Shown piece by piece: positions 30,551 to 41,027 of a DNA stretch of 64,000 nt. The position numbers were made by a program, and so were the translations under genes. Each line of letters begins with the position of its first letter. Positions within the stretch are counted from its first letter, which is position 1. The stretch comes from Candidatus Eiseniibacteriota bacterium. GTDB lineage: Bacteria; Eisenbacteria; RBG-16-71-46. Where the stretch lies: NCBI GenBank assembly GCA_963707915.1, contig OY970178.1, forward strand, positions 1,632,001 to 1,696,000, read 5' to 3'. The notes below the pieces were generated by a model, which was given only the letters and a program-made list of their open reading frames with translations, was not told where the DNA came from and did no database searches.

Positions 30551-32240
30551 TCAGGCCGCCTCGTCGAAGAGCACGAAGGAGTCGAGCGCCGGGGTGACGA
30601 GCTGCTTGCGGATCTCGAGGTCGAAGTGCGTCTCCTCGCGCGCCAGGTCGTCGGCCGCACTGCCGCCGACCGCGCGGACGAGCGCGCGCCCGGTGGTGGC
30701 GTGGAACAGCACCTCGACCGGCGAGCTGCCGCCCAGCCGGCTGCTCACCAGCGGGATGTTCTCCTTCTCGAGGAAGTCCCGGATGAACTGGGCGTTCTTG
30801 CGGGGCACTTCCGGGCTCAGCCCGACGCGCGCCAGCACGTGGGCGGCCCCGAAGGCCTTCGCCTCGAGGCGCCGGCGGTCCCCGCCCAGCTTGGCGATGT
30901 CGTTGATCAGCATCTCCATGGCGTTCACTCCGTAGCGGGTGGGCAGCTCGGCGTCGGCCAGTCCGTCGGGCAGCATGAAGTGGTTGATGCCCCCGATGCG
31001 CGCCACCGGATCGAAGAGGCAGGCGCAGACGCAGGAGCCCAGCACGGTGCGCAGCTCGACCGGCTCGGCGCTCGCCCGCACCCCGCCGATCGTGACGTGG
31101 ATGCGCGCGGACCGCGGCCCGGCCGCCACAGCGGCCGCGGCCCGCGCCGGTCCGACCCGCCGGCCGCTCGCCTCGGCCAGGGCGCGGCGCGTCCCGGGCG
31201 GCAGGTGGATGCGGCCCGCCCGCCCGGCGGGAGCGGGCACGGCGTCCGTCCCGGCCGCGCCGGCGCACTCCGCAGCGGTCGCGGGCGCGGGCCCGGCGGC
31301 CACGGCCGGGCCGCCCGCCGCGACCCGTCCGGTGCGCTCGGCCGCGCCGCGCAACCGGTAGATGGTGCCCCGCAGCGGCTCGAACACGTGCATGTGGGAC
31401 TGCAGGCTCTCCGAGTGCCCGAGGAACAGGTACCCGCCCTCCGCCAGCCGCTCGGCGAACGACTCGACGATCGTCTTCACCGTCTCCCGGTCGAAGTAGA
31501 TCAGGACGTTGCGGCAGAAGATGAGGTCGAACGGGCCGGGCACCCGCCACGGCTTCTCGATCAGGTTGAAGCGGCGGAAGGTGACCAGGTCGCGCAGCTC
31601 GCTCTTGACCCGCGCCATGCCGCCGTTCGCGCCCGAGCCGCGCTGGAAGAACCGCTTGCGCAACTCGGCCGGCACCGGCTGGAGGAGATCGATCGGGGTA
31701 GACCCCCTGCTGGGCACGCGCCAGCACCTGCGTGTCGAGATCGGTCGCGAGGATCTCGAAGCTCCACCCGGCCGGGTTCTCGAACCCCGAGAGCAGGGTC
31801 ATCGCCAGCGTGTAGGGCTCCTCGCCCGACGAGCAACCGGCGCTCCAGATGCGCAGTCGCCTCGGCCCGCCCCTCAGGCTGCGCTCGCGGAGCTCGGGGA
31901 AGACCCGGGTCCTCATGAAGTCGAAGTGGTGGGACTCGCGGAAGAAGTCGGTCTTGTTCGTGGTGATGCAGTTGAGCATCTCCCGCAGCTCGCTGCCGTC
32001 CGGGTCCTGCTTCGTCACCCGCTCGAAGTACTGCCGGTAGCTGTGCAGCCCCAGCGCGCGCAGGCGGCGGGCGAGACGCGAGGCCACCAGCTGCTTCTTC
32101 GAGTCGTTGAGCGTGATGCCCGCCTGCTCGAGGATCAGCTTCCGGAAGGCATGGAACTCGGCGTCGTTGATCGCGAAGCCGCCGGGAGGCGCGACCGATC
32201 CCCCGGCGTCGGACGCGTCAGAGGTGTCGTGTGCGGTCAT
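30551..32240 (-). CDS. cheR: CheR methyltransferase fused to CheD deamidase; frameshift in a C-run near 31700 within CheR
   Basis: TTNKTDFFRE, WSAGCSSGEEPY, FCRNVLIYFD, FLGHSESL, Ala-rich linker, then TVLGSCV..NHFMLP..EAKAFG with no stop between the domains. Confidence 0.85.
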
Positions 32241-32331
32241 CCGCGGTCTCCAGGACGGGGAAGCGCCTCCAGGCGACGGGCTGCGGCCGGCCGGGGACGC
32301 GCGGTCGTCGGGCCGCGCGCCCCCGCCGGTC

Positions 32332-33197
32332 TCAGTACTCCTCGAAGCCCTTCTCCCACTCGTTGCCACCCTGCGCCGGCGCCACGGCCTTCGCCACCGG
32401 TCCCGCCGCCGCGCGCTTCTCCGGCCGCCCGCCGCCCGCCTTCGCCGCCGTCCGCGCCACCGCCCCCTTGGTCCCCTGCCCGCCCAGCTTGAAGCGCGAC
32501 ACCAGCGTCTGCAGTTGCTCCGCCTGGCTCGCCAGCCCCTCCGCCGTCGCGTTCAGCTCCTCGGTCTGCGACGCGTTCGACTGCGTCACCTGGTCCATCT
32601 GCGTCACCGCCTTGTTCACCTGGTCGATCCCCGACGACTGCTCCCGGCTCGCCGCCGCGATCTCCGACACGATGTCCGTCACCCGCTTCACCGACGTCAC
32701 GATCTCGCTCAGCGTCTGTCCCGACTGGTTCACCAGCTCCGTCCCGCCCTCCACCTTCCGCACCGAGTCCTGGATCAGGTTCTTGATCTCCTTCGCCGAC
32801 GTCGCCGAGCGCTGCGCCAGGTTCCGCACCTCGGTCGCCACCACCGCGAACCCCCGCCCCTGCTCCCCCGCCCGCGCCGCTTCCACCGCCGCGTTCAGCG
32901 CCAGCAGGTTGGTCTGGAACGCGATCTCGTCGATCGTCCCGATGATGTCCGCGATCTGCTTCGACGACTGGTTGATCGCCGCCATCGCCTCCACCGCCGT
33001 GCTCACCACCCGCCCGCCCTTCTCCGCCACCTCCCGCGACCCGTTCGCCAGCTGGTTCGCCTGCTGCGCGTTGTCCGCGTTCTGCTTCACCGTCGAGGTG
33101 ATCTCCTCCAGGCTCGCCGCCGTCTCCTCCAGGCTCGACGCCTGCTCCTGCGCCCCCGACGAGATCTGCCCCGCCCCCGCGCTCAGCTGCTGCGAGG
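32332..33197 (-). repeat. Near-identical MCP signalling-domain DNA, copy A
   Basis: Matches 38222..39087 with only about 5 substitutions seen by eye; about 700 bp shared with 36481..37179. Confidence 0.92.
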
Positions 33198-33999
33198 AGT
33201 CCCGCACCGCGAGTGCCGACTGCGCCACCTCGCTCATCACCCCGCGGATGGACGTCACCGCCAGGTCGAGGGAGCGCGTCATGCGCCCGAGCTCGTCCGA
33301 CGAACGGTCCTCGATGTGGGCGCTCAGGTCGCCCTTGGCGAGCTCCGCGATGGCCTTCTCGACGCCGGCGATCGGCGTGGTGATGCTCCGCGCCAGCGAG
33401 AGGCCGAACAGCAGGTACAGCACGCCCAGCACGACGGAGGCGATGAGCAACCCGCGCCGGCCCGTGTTGACGACCGCCCGGGTGTCCGCACTCGCCTTGT
33501 CCGCCTCGTGCTTGACCAGCTCTTCCAGGGCCTCGTTGGGCGCACGGTCCTGCCCCTTGACCATCTTGTCCGAGGTCGCCGGGTCCTGCCCGCCGCCCGC
33601 GGCGAACGCCTTCAGCGAGGCGCGGTAGCCCTCGCCCATCGTCCGGTGCGCACCGGCGAACTTCTCGAGCAGCGCAGCGGTGGCGGGGTCGTTTGCGGCC
33701 TTGATCAGGGTCGCCGCGGAGTCCTGGACCGCCTTCTCCTCGGCGAAGAAGGCGTCGCGGTGCTTGGCGTAGGCCTCGGGATCGCTGCCCCGGAGCAGGA
33801 TGTTCTTCCACTCCTGGACCTGCGTCTTCAGGTGCACCTGCATGGCGCGCGTCCCGTCCTGCGTGGTGGTCTCGCTCGCGAACAGGGCGAAGCCGCTCTC
33901 GAACGTCCACAGCATCCATCCGCCCATCAGGACGGTCATGACCAGTCCGACCACCACGAGCAGGCCCAGCCGCTTGCTGATGTCAATCTTCCTCAACAT
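32332..33999 (-). CDS. Methyl-accepting chemotaxis protein 1 (periplasmic sensor, HAMP, C-terminal GFEEY pentapeptide)
   Basis: Two TM helices, [12 protein letters not shown] sensor, [30 protein letters not shown]. Confidence 0.96.
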   Translation of the reverse strand: MLRKIDISKRLGLLVVVGLVMTVLMGGWMLWTFESGFALFASETTTQDGTRAMQVHLKTQVQEWKNILLRGSDPEAYAKHRDAFFAEEKAVQDSAATLIKAANDPATAALLEKFAGAHRTMGEGYRASLKAFAAGGGQDPATSDKMVKGQDRAPNEALEELVKHEADKASADTRAVVNTGRRGLLIASVVLGVLYLLFGLSLARSITTPIAGVEKAIAELAKGDLSAHIEDRSSDELGRMTRSLDLAVTSIRGVMSEVAQSALAVRDSSQQLSAGAGQISSGAQEQASSLEETAASLEEITSTVKQNADNAQQANQLANGSREVAEKGGRVVSTAVEAMAAINQSSKQIADIIGTIDEIAFQTNLLALNAAVEAARAGEQGRGFAVVATEVRNLAQRSATSAKEIKNLIQDSVRKVEGGTELVNQSGQTLSEIVTSVKRVTDIVSEIAAASREQSSGIDQVNKAVTQMDQVTQSNASQTEELNATAEGLASQAEQLQTLVSRFKLGGQGTKGAVARTAAKAGGGRPEKRAAAGPVAKAVAPAQGGNEWEKGFEEY

Positions 34000-34008
34000 G
34001 GCACCCTC

Positions 34009-35727
34009 CTAGAACGAGAGGACGAGTTGGAGGTAGCCCCAGTCGAGGTCCTCACCACCGCCCGTGTTGTCGACGAAATCACCGATCCACAGGTGCGACC
34101 AGCCGCCCGCCAGGCCGAGCCGCGGACGCGGGTCCCACTTGAAGCCCAGGTCGAGCTCCGTGCCGAGGTCCACGCCCGCCGTGCCGGCCGCGGAGCGGCG
34201 CAGCGTGTTGCCCGCGTCGTCCGCCCAGGCGTCGCGCGCCTGCATCAGGCGGAAGCGGTGGAGCTCGGCGCTGGCGCCCCACGACTTGCGCGGCTGCACG
34301 CCGATCACCGCGTTCCAGTCCACGACGTTCGCGCAACCCACCACGTCGAGCGTGCCGAGGTAGCCGTGCCCGCCCCAGTACACCGGGTCGTAGCGCTGGC
34401 TCCTGCCGTCCACCGGGTCCCGGTCGCCCGAGGCGCCGATCCACTCCGTCTGCACCCGCGGCTTCCACCCGCCGGGCAGCTCCATCGCGACGCGCACCGC
34501 GCCGAACCACGCGTCGACGTCGTCGCCGGCGCGGTGGCCGCGCTGCAGGGCCCCTTCGCCGCGGACGTCGAGGCGGCCGCTCGCCAGCCGCAGCCGCAAC
34601 CCGCTGGTGGCGTCGCGGAGGCTGCCCTTCCGCCCGGCCTCCGAGGTGACGCCCGAGTCGCCGAACGAGCGCGCGAAGCTGTAGAGCTCGGCCTCGATCG
34701 TCTTGGAGGGCTTCCAGAGGGCGTCGACGCCCGTGAACAGGCGGTCGCTGCCGGTCAGCCGACCCTCGGAGATCCACGCGAACAGCCCGTCCAGCTGCCA
34801 TTGCTTCGGGGTGAGACGCAGACGCGCGCCGTCCCAGGCGCGGCCCGAGTTCCCCCAGTCCGAGCCGGCGACCACGCGGCCGTCGCCGTACTGGAACACC
34901 TGGCGGCCGATGCGCAGCGCGACCGGGCGGCGCCCGATGCTGTCGACGTCGGCGTAGGCCGTGTACAGGTCCACGTTCGCGAAGGTGCCACCGGGCGAGC
35001 CCGTGGCACCCATGACGCGGGCGTCCTGCAGGCCGAAGTAGCCCTTCACGCCGGGGCCGAGCTTGAAGCCTCCGCCGAAGCGGGTCCGCATCAGCGACTG
35101 GTCGCCGCTCTCGAGCAGCTTCTGCGAGGACGCCCGCTTGTACGATCCGGGCATCCGGTAGTCGAGGATGGAGCGCGCCTCGTAGCGGAAGCGCATGCTG
35201 CCTTCCCAGGCGATCGGAGCCATCGCGGTCGCGAGGGAGGCCGCCCCGGCACTCCCCCCCGGCAGGGTCCTCGGCGGCGCGGCGTCCAGTACCACGTTCG
35301 CCGGGGCGGGGCGCGCCTCCGAGGGCGGGGGCGTGACCGCCGCGACCTGCGTGCCGGCGCCGGGCGCCGCGTCCCCCGCGGGAGCGGACGGCGCCGACGC
35401 GGCGACCGGCGCCGCCGGCTCGGACGGGGCTGCGACGACCGTGGACGCGACGGGCTCGGACGGAGCCGTCGCGGCGGCGGCCGACGAGACGGTCTCCGGC
35501 GCGGCCACCGGGGCCGGCGACGCGGGGGCGTTCAGGGTGGTCACCTTCGCGTGGTGCACGCGGTGCATGGGCCGGCGGTGGGTCACCGGCGCGGCCTTCT
35601 TCGGCGTCACCACGGCTGGGACGGGCTTGGGGGGCGGCGGCTTCAGGTCGTACTCACCCGCCGACGCCAGCGACGCTCCCACCAGCAGCGCCACGGCCAC
35701 CACATCGATCGTCCTGAAGGGACGCAT
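34009..35727 (-). CDS. Alginate export (AlgE-like) outer-membrane beta-barrel with a Pro/Ala-rich N-terminal linker
   Basis: Signal peptide, RFRYE, LQDARV.G, DLYTAY, RIGRQVFQYGDGRVV..DWGN..RAWDG, ASGD, LGTELDL, C-terminal YLQLVLSF. Confidence 0.82.
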   Translation of the reverse strand: MRPFRTIDVVAVALLVGASLASAGEYDLKPPPPKPVPAVVTPKKAAPVTHRRPMHRVHHAKVTTLNAPASPAPVAAPETVSSAAAATAPSEPVASTVVAAPSEPAAPVAASAPSAPAGDAAPGAGTQVAAVTPPPSEARPAPANVVLDAAPPRTLPGGSAGAASLATAMAPIAWEGSMRFRYEARSILDYRMPGSYKRASSQKLLESGDQSLMRTRFGGGFKLGPGVKGYFGLQDARVMGATGSPGGTFANVDLYTAYADVDSIGRRPVALRIGRQVFQYGDGRVVAGSDWGNSGRAWDGARLRLTPKQWQLDGLFAWISEGRLTGSDRLFTGVDALWKPSKTIEAELYSFARSFGDSGVTSEAGRKGSLRDATSGLRLRLASGRLDVRGEGALQRGHRAGDDVDAWFGAVRVAMELPGGWKPRVQTEWIGASGDRDPVDGRSQRYDPVYWGGHGYLGTLDVVGCANVVDWNAVIGVQPRKSWGASAELHRFRLMQARDAWADDAGNTLRRSAAGTAGVDLGTELDLGFKWDPRPRLGLAGGWSHLWIGDFVDNTGGGEDLDWGYLQLVLSF

Positions 35728-35854
35728 TCCGACACTCCTACGGTTGAGCGCGGAACTCGCCGCGCCGGCCTTCCCGACTCGCCGCCATCGCTCGCGCCCG
35801 CCCGCTCGACCGGGCCCGGCGACCTGCGCGGACGACCCTCCCGGTGCCCGCCGG

Positions 35855-36346
35855 TCACGCGGCGAGGTTCTTCTCCAGCGTCTCTTTCCCCAGCAGTTCC
35901 TCGATGTCCAGCAGCGCGATCAGCCGCTCCGCCGTCTTCGCCATCCCCTTCAGGTAGGTGATGTCCGCGCCGCTGCCCAGGTCGGGCCGCGGCTCGATGT
36001 CGTTGCCCGGGATGTCCAGCACGTCCGAGACCGCGTCCACGACCAGCCCGAACACCTTGGATCCGACCGTCACCACGATCACCACCGTGAACTGGTCGTT
36101 CTCCGTCGCGGGCATCCCGAGCCGCGCCCGCAGGTCCGCCACCGGCACGACCGTCCCGCGCAGGTTCATCACCCCGCGGACGAACGCAGGCGCGTTCGGG
36201 ATCGGCGTCGGAGGCGTGTATCCCTTGATCTCCTGCACCTTCAGGATCTCGATCCCGTACTGCTCCTGCCCCAGCATGAAGGTCAGGTACTGGTGCACGT
36301 CGTCGTCGAACACCCCACCGGTGTTCCGCGACAGTCCCATGTCCAT
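35855..36346 (-). CDS. cheW: CheW coupling protein
   Basis: [40 protein letters not shown]. Confidence 0.95.
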   Translation of the reverse strand: MDMGLSRNTGGVFDDDVHQYLTFMLGQEQYGIEILKVQEIKGYTPPTPIPNAPAFVRGVMNLRGTVVPVADLRARLGMPATENDQFTVVIVVTVGSKVFGLVVDAVSDVLDIPGNDIEPRPDLGSGADITYLKGMAKTAERLIALLDIEELLGKETLEKNLAA

Positions 36347-36460
36347 CGTCGTCTCCTTCTCCGCGGCCTGCCGCGAGCTGGAATGTGCCGGGCCCGTCCC
36401 CCGTCGTGGCCGCGGCCACGGGCACGGTGGGCGGGGCGCCTCGCCGACGTCCTTGTTCCG

Positions 36461-38026
36461 CTACGCCTGTGCGTCCAGCCTGAAGCGCGACACCAGCGTC
36501 TGCAGCTGCTCCGCCTGGCTCGCCAGCCCCTCCGCCGTCGCGTTCAGCTCCTCGGTCTGCGACGCATTCGACTGCGTCACCTGGTCCATCTGCGTCACCG
36601 CCTTGTTCACCTGGTCGATCCCCGACGACTGCTCCCGGCTCGCCGCCGCGATCTCCGACACGATGTCCGTCACCCGCTTCACCGACGTCACGATCTCGCT
36701 CAGCGTCTGCCCCGACTGGTTCACCAGCTCCGTCCCGCCCTCCACCTTCCGCACTGAGTCCTGGATCAGGTTCTTGATCTCCTTCGCCGACGTCGCCGAG
36801 CGCTGCGCCAGGTTCCGCACCTCGGTCGCCACCACCGCGAACCCCCGCCCCTGCTCCCCCGCCCGCGCCGCTTCCACCGCCGCGTTCAGCGCCAGCAGGT
36901 TGGTCTGGAACGCGATCTCGTCGATCGTCCCGATGATGTCCGCGATCTGCTTCGACGACTGGTTGATCGCCGCCATCGCCTCCACCGCCGTGCTCACCAC
37001 CCGCCCGCCCTTCTCCGCCACCTCCCGCGACCCGTTCGCCAGCTGGTTCGCCTGCTGCGCGTTGTCCGCGTTCTGCTTCACCGTCGAGGTGATCTCCTCC
37101 AGGCTCGCCGCCGTCTCCTCCAGGCTCGACGCCTGCTCCTGCGCCCCCGACGAGATCTGCCCCGCCCCCGCGCTCAGCTCCCGGGACGCGGTGGCCAGCG
37201 CCAAGGCCGAGCCGCGCACCTCCTGCAGCGAGCCCCTCATCCGGTCGACCGCGCGATCCAGCGCGGCCGCCATGCGGCCCACCTCGTCGCGCGTGTCGAT
37301 CGCCAGGCGCTCGGTGAGGTCGCCTTCGGCCACCTGCTCGAGCACGGCGGTGGCGCGGGCGATCGGGCGGGCCACCTGCTCGGCGATGAGCACCCCGAGC
37401 CCGAGCCCCCCGGCGATCGCCGCCGCGATGAGCACGAGGAGGGCCGCCCGCGTGCGGCGGGCGGCCGCCGCGCTCGACGCCACCCGGCTCTTCATCGCCG
37501 CGCGCAGGTCCGTGTCCAGCTCGGCGAGCGCCTTGCGCATGTCGCCCGCCGCCGAGCGATTGCCCGCCATGATGGTCTTCGCACCCTCGAGATCACCCGC
37601 GGCCGAGCGGCGGCTGATGTTCCGCACGTCCTGGCTCCAGCCGGCGAAGAGCTCCGAGACGCGGGCCACGAGCGGGGTCTGCGTGGTGGTGAGCTTCGCG
37701 CCGCCGAGGACCGCGAGACCGTCGGACGCGATCTGGAGCGCGGCGTCGGCGTCCTGGACGCTCTTCTGCGCGGCCTCCGTGCCGGGGAACAGCATCGCGT
37801 TGCGGAAATGGCGGCCCGCGTCGTTGAGGCCCGCCTTCACGTCCGCCGTCGCCGTGATGAGCGGGAAGTCCCGCTCCTGGATCTGCGCGGATGCGAGCTC
37901 CTGCCCGGCCATCCCGCGGACCGACAGGCCACCGACCAACGCCGTCAACCCTGCCGCCAGCGCGAAGGCGACCAGCAGCTTCGCCCTCATCTGGAGGTTC
38001 TGGAACCACCGCGCGGCCCATCGCAT
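36461..38026 (-). CDS. Methyl-accepting chemotaxis protein 2 (no C-terminal pentapeptide)
   Basis: Start MRWAARWF with GGAGGG RBS; two TMs, HAMP, conserved hairpin tip. Confidence 0.95.
   Translation of the reverse strand: MRWAARWFQNLQMRAKLLVAFALAAGLTALVGGLSVRGMAGQELASAQIQERDFPLITATADVKAGLNDAGRHFRNAMLFPGTEAAQKSVQDADAALQIASDGLAVLGGAKLTTTQTPLVARVSELFAGWSQDVRNISRRSAAGDLEGAKTIMAGNRSAAGDMRKALAELDTDLRAAMKSRVASSAAAARRTRAALLVLIAAAIAGGLGLGVLIAEQVARPIARATAVLEQVAEGDLTERLAIDTRDEVGRMAAALDRAVDRMRGSLQEVRGSALALATASRELSAGAGQISSGAQEQASSLEETAASLEEITSTVKQNADNAQQANQLANGSREVAEKGGRVVSTAVEAMAAINQSSKQIADIIGTIDEIAFQTNLLALNAAVEAARAGEQGRGFAVVATEVRNLAQRSATSAKEIKNLIQDSVRKVEGGTELVNQSGQTLSEIVTSVKRVTDIVSEIAAASREQSSGIDQVNKAVTQMDQVTQSNASQTEELNATAEGLASQAEQLQTLVSRFRLDAQA
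36481..37179 (-). repeat. Near-identical MCP signalling-domain DNA, copy B
   Basis: Matches about 32490..33188 with a few synonymous changes. Confidence 0.9.
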
Positions 38027-38221
38027 CTCAGCTCTCCCTCCTGCGCCCGCGCGGATGTGAGGGGCCGCCGGGGCATCCGTTCCGCCGGGCGCGCCCACGG
38101 AGCGCCTCACTGCCGCTCCGCCGGCGGGGCGGCCGCACCGCGCCGTCCCCCGCGCCCACTCCTCGACCGCCGGGCGACCCTCCACGCGGTCGCCCCCGGG
38201 CCGTACTCGTTTCCGCCGCTC

Positions 38222-39087
38222 TCAGTACTCCTCGAAGCCCTTCTCCCACTCGTTGCCGCCCTGCGCCGGCGCCGCGGCCTTCGCCACCGGTCCCGTCGCC
38301 GCGCGCTTCTCCGGCCGCCCGCCGCCCGCCTTCGCCGCCGTCCGCGCCACCGCCCCCTTGGTCCCCTGCCCGCCCAGCTTGAAGCGCGACACCAGCGTCT
38401 GCAGCTGCTCCGCCTGGCTCGCCAGCCCCTCCGCCGTCGCGTTCAGCTCCTCGGTCTGCGACGCGTTCGACTGCGTCACCTGGTCCATCTGCGTCACCGC
38501 CTTGTTCACCTGGTCGATCCCCGACGACTGCTCCCGGCTCGCCGCCGCGATCTCCGACACGATGTCCGTCACCCGCTTCACCGACGTCACGATCTCGCTC
38601 AGCGTCTGTCCCGACTGGTTCACCAGCTCCGTCCCGCCCTCCACCTTCCGCACCGAGTCCTGGATCAGGTTCTTGATCTCCTTCGCCGACGTCGCCGAGC
38701 GCTGCGCCAGGTTCCGCACCTCGGTCGCCACCACCGCGAACCCCCGCCCCTGCTCCCCCGCCCGCGCCGCTTCCACCGCCGCGTTCAGCGCCAGCAGGTT
38801 GGTCTGGAACGCGATCTCGTCGATCGTCCCGATGATGTCCGCGATCTGCTTCGACGACTGGTTGATCGCCGCCATCGCCTCCACCGCCGTGCTCACCACC
38901 CGCCCGCCCTTCTCCGCCACCTCCCGCGACCCGTTCGCCAGCTGGTTCGCCTGCTGCGCGTTGTCCGCGTTCTGCTTCACCGTCGAGGTGATCTCCTCCA
39001 GGCTCGCCGCCGTCTCCTCCAGGCTCGACGCCTGCTCCTGCGCCCCCGACGAGATCTGCCCCGCCCCCGCGCCCAGCTGCTGCGAGG
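38222..39087 (-). repeat. Near-identical MCP signalling-domain DNA, copy C
   Basis: Direct repeat of 32332..33197 at offset 5890. Confidence 0.92.
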
Positions 39088-39913
39088 CCGAGGCCACCGC
39101 CTGGCTGGCCTGCGCCACCTGCTGCATGTTCTCCTCGAAGACCTTCATCATGACGTTGAGCTGCTCGCCCATCTGCCCGAGCTCGTCCCTGGACGTCACG
39201 TTCACCCGCACCGTCAGGTCGCCGGTCGCCGCGGTCGTCGCCCGCTCGACCACGTGCATCAGCGGGCCGGTGATGGCGCGCGAGATCATGAAGCCGAGGA
39301 AGATCGACAGCAGCACCGTCACCGCGAGGAACGCGACCAGCATGCCTCGCGTGCGCTGGAAGTTCTGGCTCTGCGCGACGGCTTCCCGCTCCATCGCGGC
39401 GGTCTTGTTGGCGAGGATCTTCTCCAGGTCGTCGTTGGCCGCCTGGGCGTTGGCCTTGTTGGCCGTCACGCTCTCCAGGCCCTTGAGGCTCTCGTTGGCC
39501 AGCGACTGGGCCCACGCCGCGTCGTTCCCGCTCTTCCAGGCGTCGTACGTCTTGCGCGTGTCGGCCATGATCGCCTTGACCTCGTCGCTGACCAGGCACT
39601 TCTCACCCTCGTCCAGGCTCTTCGCGAGCTGGACGGACAGCTCGTCGTACTTCTTCTTCTCGGCCTGCACCTCGGCCGGGTCGGTGGCGAGCAGGCTCTG
39701 CGCGGTCAGGGTGCGCATGCTGTTGAACGCGATCCCGGCCTGCGCGAAGGTGCGCACGCCCTCGAAGTGCATGGTCTTGACCGTGTCGAAGCGCTTGTCC
39801 TCCTTCGACAGCGAAGTGACCGCGACCAGGCCGACCGCCAGGGTCAGCAGGGCGACCGTCAGGAAGCCTCCCACCAGCTTCTGCCCGACCTTCAGGTTGT
39901 TGAACCAGTTCAT
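38222..39913 (-). CDS. Methyl-accepting chemotaxis protein 3 (4-helix-bundle-like sensor, GFEEY pentapeptide)
   Basis: [13 protein letters not shown] start, two TMs, HAMP, conserved tip. Confidence 0.96.
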   Translation of the reverse strand: MNWFNNLKVGQKLVGGFLTVALLTLAVGLVAVTSLSKEDKRFDTVKTMHFEGVRTFAQAGIAFNSMRTLTAQSLLATDPAEVQAEKKKYDELSVQLAKSLDEGEKCLVSDEVKAIMADTRKTYDAWKSGNDAAWAQSLANESLKGLESVTANKANAQAANDDLEKILANKTAAMEREAVAQSQNFQRTRGMLVAFLAVTVLLSIFLGFMISRAITGPLMHVVERATTAATGDLTVRVNVTSRDELGQMGEQLNVMMKVFEENMQQVAQASQAVASASQQLGAGAGQISSGAQEQASSLEETAASLEEITSTVKQNADNAQQANQLANGSREVAEKGGRVVSTAVEAMAAINQSSKQIADIIGTIDEIAFQTNLLALNAAVEAARAGEQGRGFAVVATEVRNLAQRSATSAKEIKNLIQDSVRKVEGGTELVNQSGQTLSEIVTSVKRVTDIVSEIAAASREQSSGIDQVNKAVTQMDQVTQSNASQTEELNATAEGLASQAEQLQTLVSRFKLGGQGTKGAVARTAAKAGGGRPEKRAATGPVAKAAAPAQGGNEWEKGFEEY

Positions 39914-39947
39914 CGTCCTATCCTCCCTGGAATCGTCCGGGCCCTCT

Positions 39948-40436
39948 TCAACGGGCGACTGCCATCGGGCCGAGTGCGTCCTCGCCGATGAGCTTGTCGA
40001 TATCGAGCAGCGCGATCAGCTTGTCGTCCGACTTCGCCATCCCGGTCATGAACGAGGTGTCCACGTCCCGGCCCAGCGCGGGCGTGGCCTCGATCGCCGC
40101 GCGCGGGATGTCCAGCACGTCGGAGACCGCGTCCACCACCAGGCCGAACACCCGCGTGCCGACCGTCACCACGATCACCACGGTGAACCGGTTGTACTCG
40201 GCCTCGCTCATCGCGAACTTGGTGCGCAGGTCCACCACCGGCACCACCGTCCCGCGCAGGTTGATCACGCCCTTGATGTAGGCCGGCGCGTTCGGGATCG
40301 GCGTGAAGGCGGTGTACCCCTTGATCTCTTGCACCTTCAGGATCTCGATGCCGTACTCCTCGGCGCCGAGCGTGAAGGTGAGGAACTGGTTGCCGTCCGC
40401 TCCGGTCCCGGAGACGTCCTGCCCGGCTCTCTCCAT
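39948..40436 (-). CDS. cheW: CheW coupling protein
   Basis: [34 protein letters not shown]. Confidence 0.95.
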   Translation of the reverse strand: MERAGQDVSGTGADGNQFLTFTLGAEEYGIEILKVQEIKGYTAFTPIPNAPAYIKGVINLRGTVVPVVDLRTKFAMSEAEYNRFTVVIVVTVGTRVFGLVVDAVSDVLDIPRAAIEATPALGRDVDTSFMTGMAKSDDKLIALLDIDKLIGEDALGPMAVAR

Positions 40437-40531
40437 GTCCTTGTCCCTTCGTCTAGAGGCGGCCCACGTGCGGCACGGAGGTCCGGGCACGAGCGCAAGC
40501 GCAGGCCCGGGCCAGCCCTGCCCATCCCGGA

Positions 40532-40558
40532 GTGTCGCCACGGCGGGCACGTCCTTGA
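40532..40558 (-). promoter_or_regulatory. Sigma-28-like promoter of the cheW-mcp-..-cheB unit
   Basis: TCAAG-N14-GGCGACAC on the minus strand. Confidence 0.55.
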
Positions 40559-40691
40559 GCGGACGGAGCGGCCGTCGTGCAATCCGCACGACGACGCCGG
40601 GTCGGCAGGCGGGGGACGGCACCGGGGAACGCGAATCTCTGGCGTCGCGGGAGCCCCGGGGTCTACCATGGTGTCCAGGAAGGAGGACGCC

Positions 40692-41012
40692 ATGGACATC
40701 GCCGGCTACGACCAGACGCTGGAGCAGCTCCGGTCCCGCATCGCCGCGCTGCCCCCCGAAGCGCGCGCCGCGCTCGAGTCGCTGGCGGACGAGACCGCCG
40801 CGCGCCAGCGGGAGATCGCCGCGACGCACGCCGAGACGCTCGGGCTCGCCCGGGACTACGACGCGGCGGCCGCGCGCTTCCGCGACGCCGCGGCCCGCAT
40901 GGCGGGCTCGACGGCGCACGTGCTGGACAAGATCCAGGACGCTCTCATCGATCTCAACTTCGTCGCCCTGGACCTCGAGTCGCGCAACCGCGAACGGGGC
41001 GGTCCCCGCTAG
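40692..41012 (+). CDS. Small helical/coiled-coil hypothetical protein (106 aa)
   Basis: AGGAGG RBS, ATG MDIAGYDQ, GC-rich third positions; convergent with cheA. Confidence 0.7.
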   Translation: MDIAGYDQTLEQLRSRIAALPPEARAALESLADETAARQREIAATHAETLGLARDYDAAAARFRDAAARMAGSTAHVLDKIQDALIDLNFVALDLESRNRERGGPR

Positions 41013-41027
41013 GGTCCCCCGCGGGCC

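Noticed and set aside
32332..39087. MCP repeats as a diversity-generating retroelement or IS
   Set aside because: No reverse transcriptase or transposase; the differences are few and the repeats are conserved coding domains
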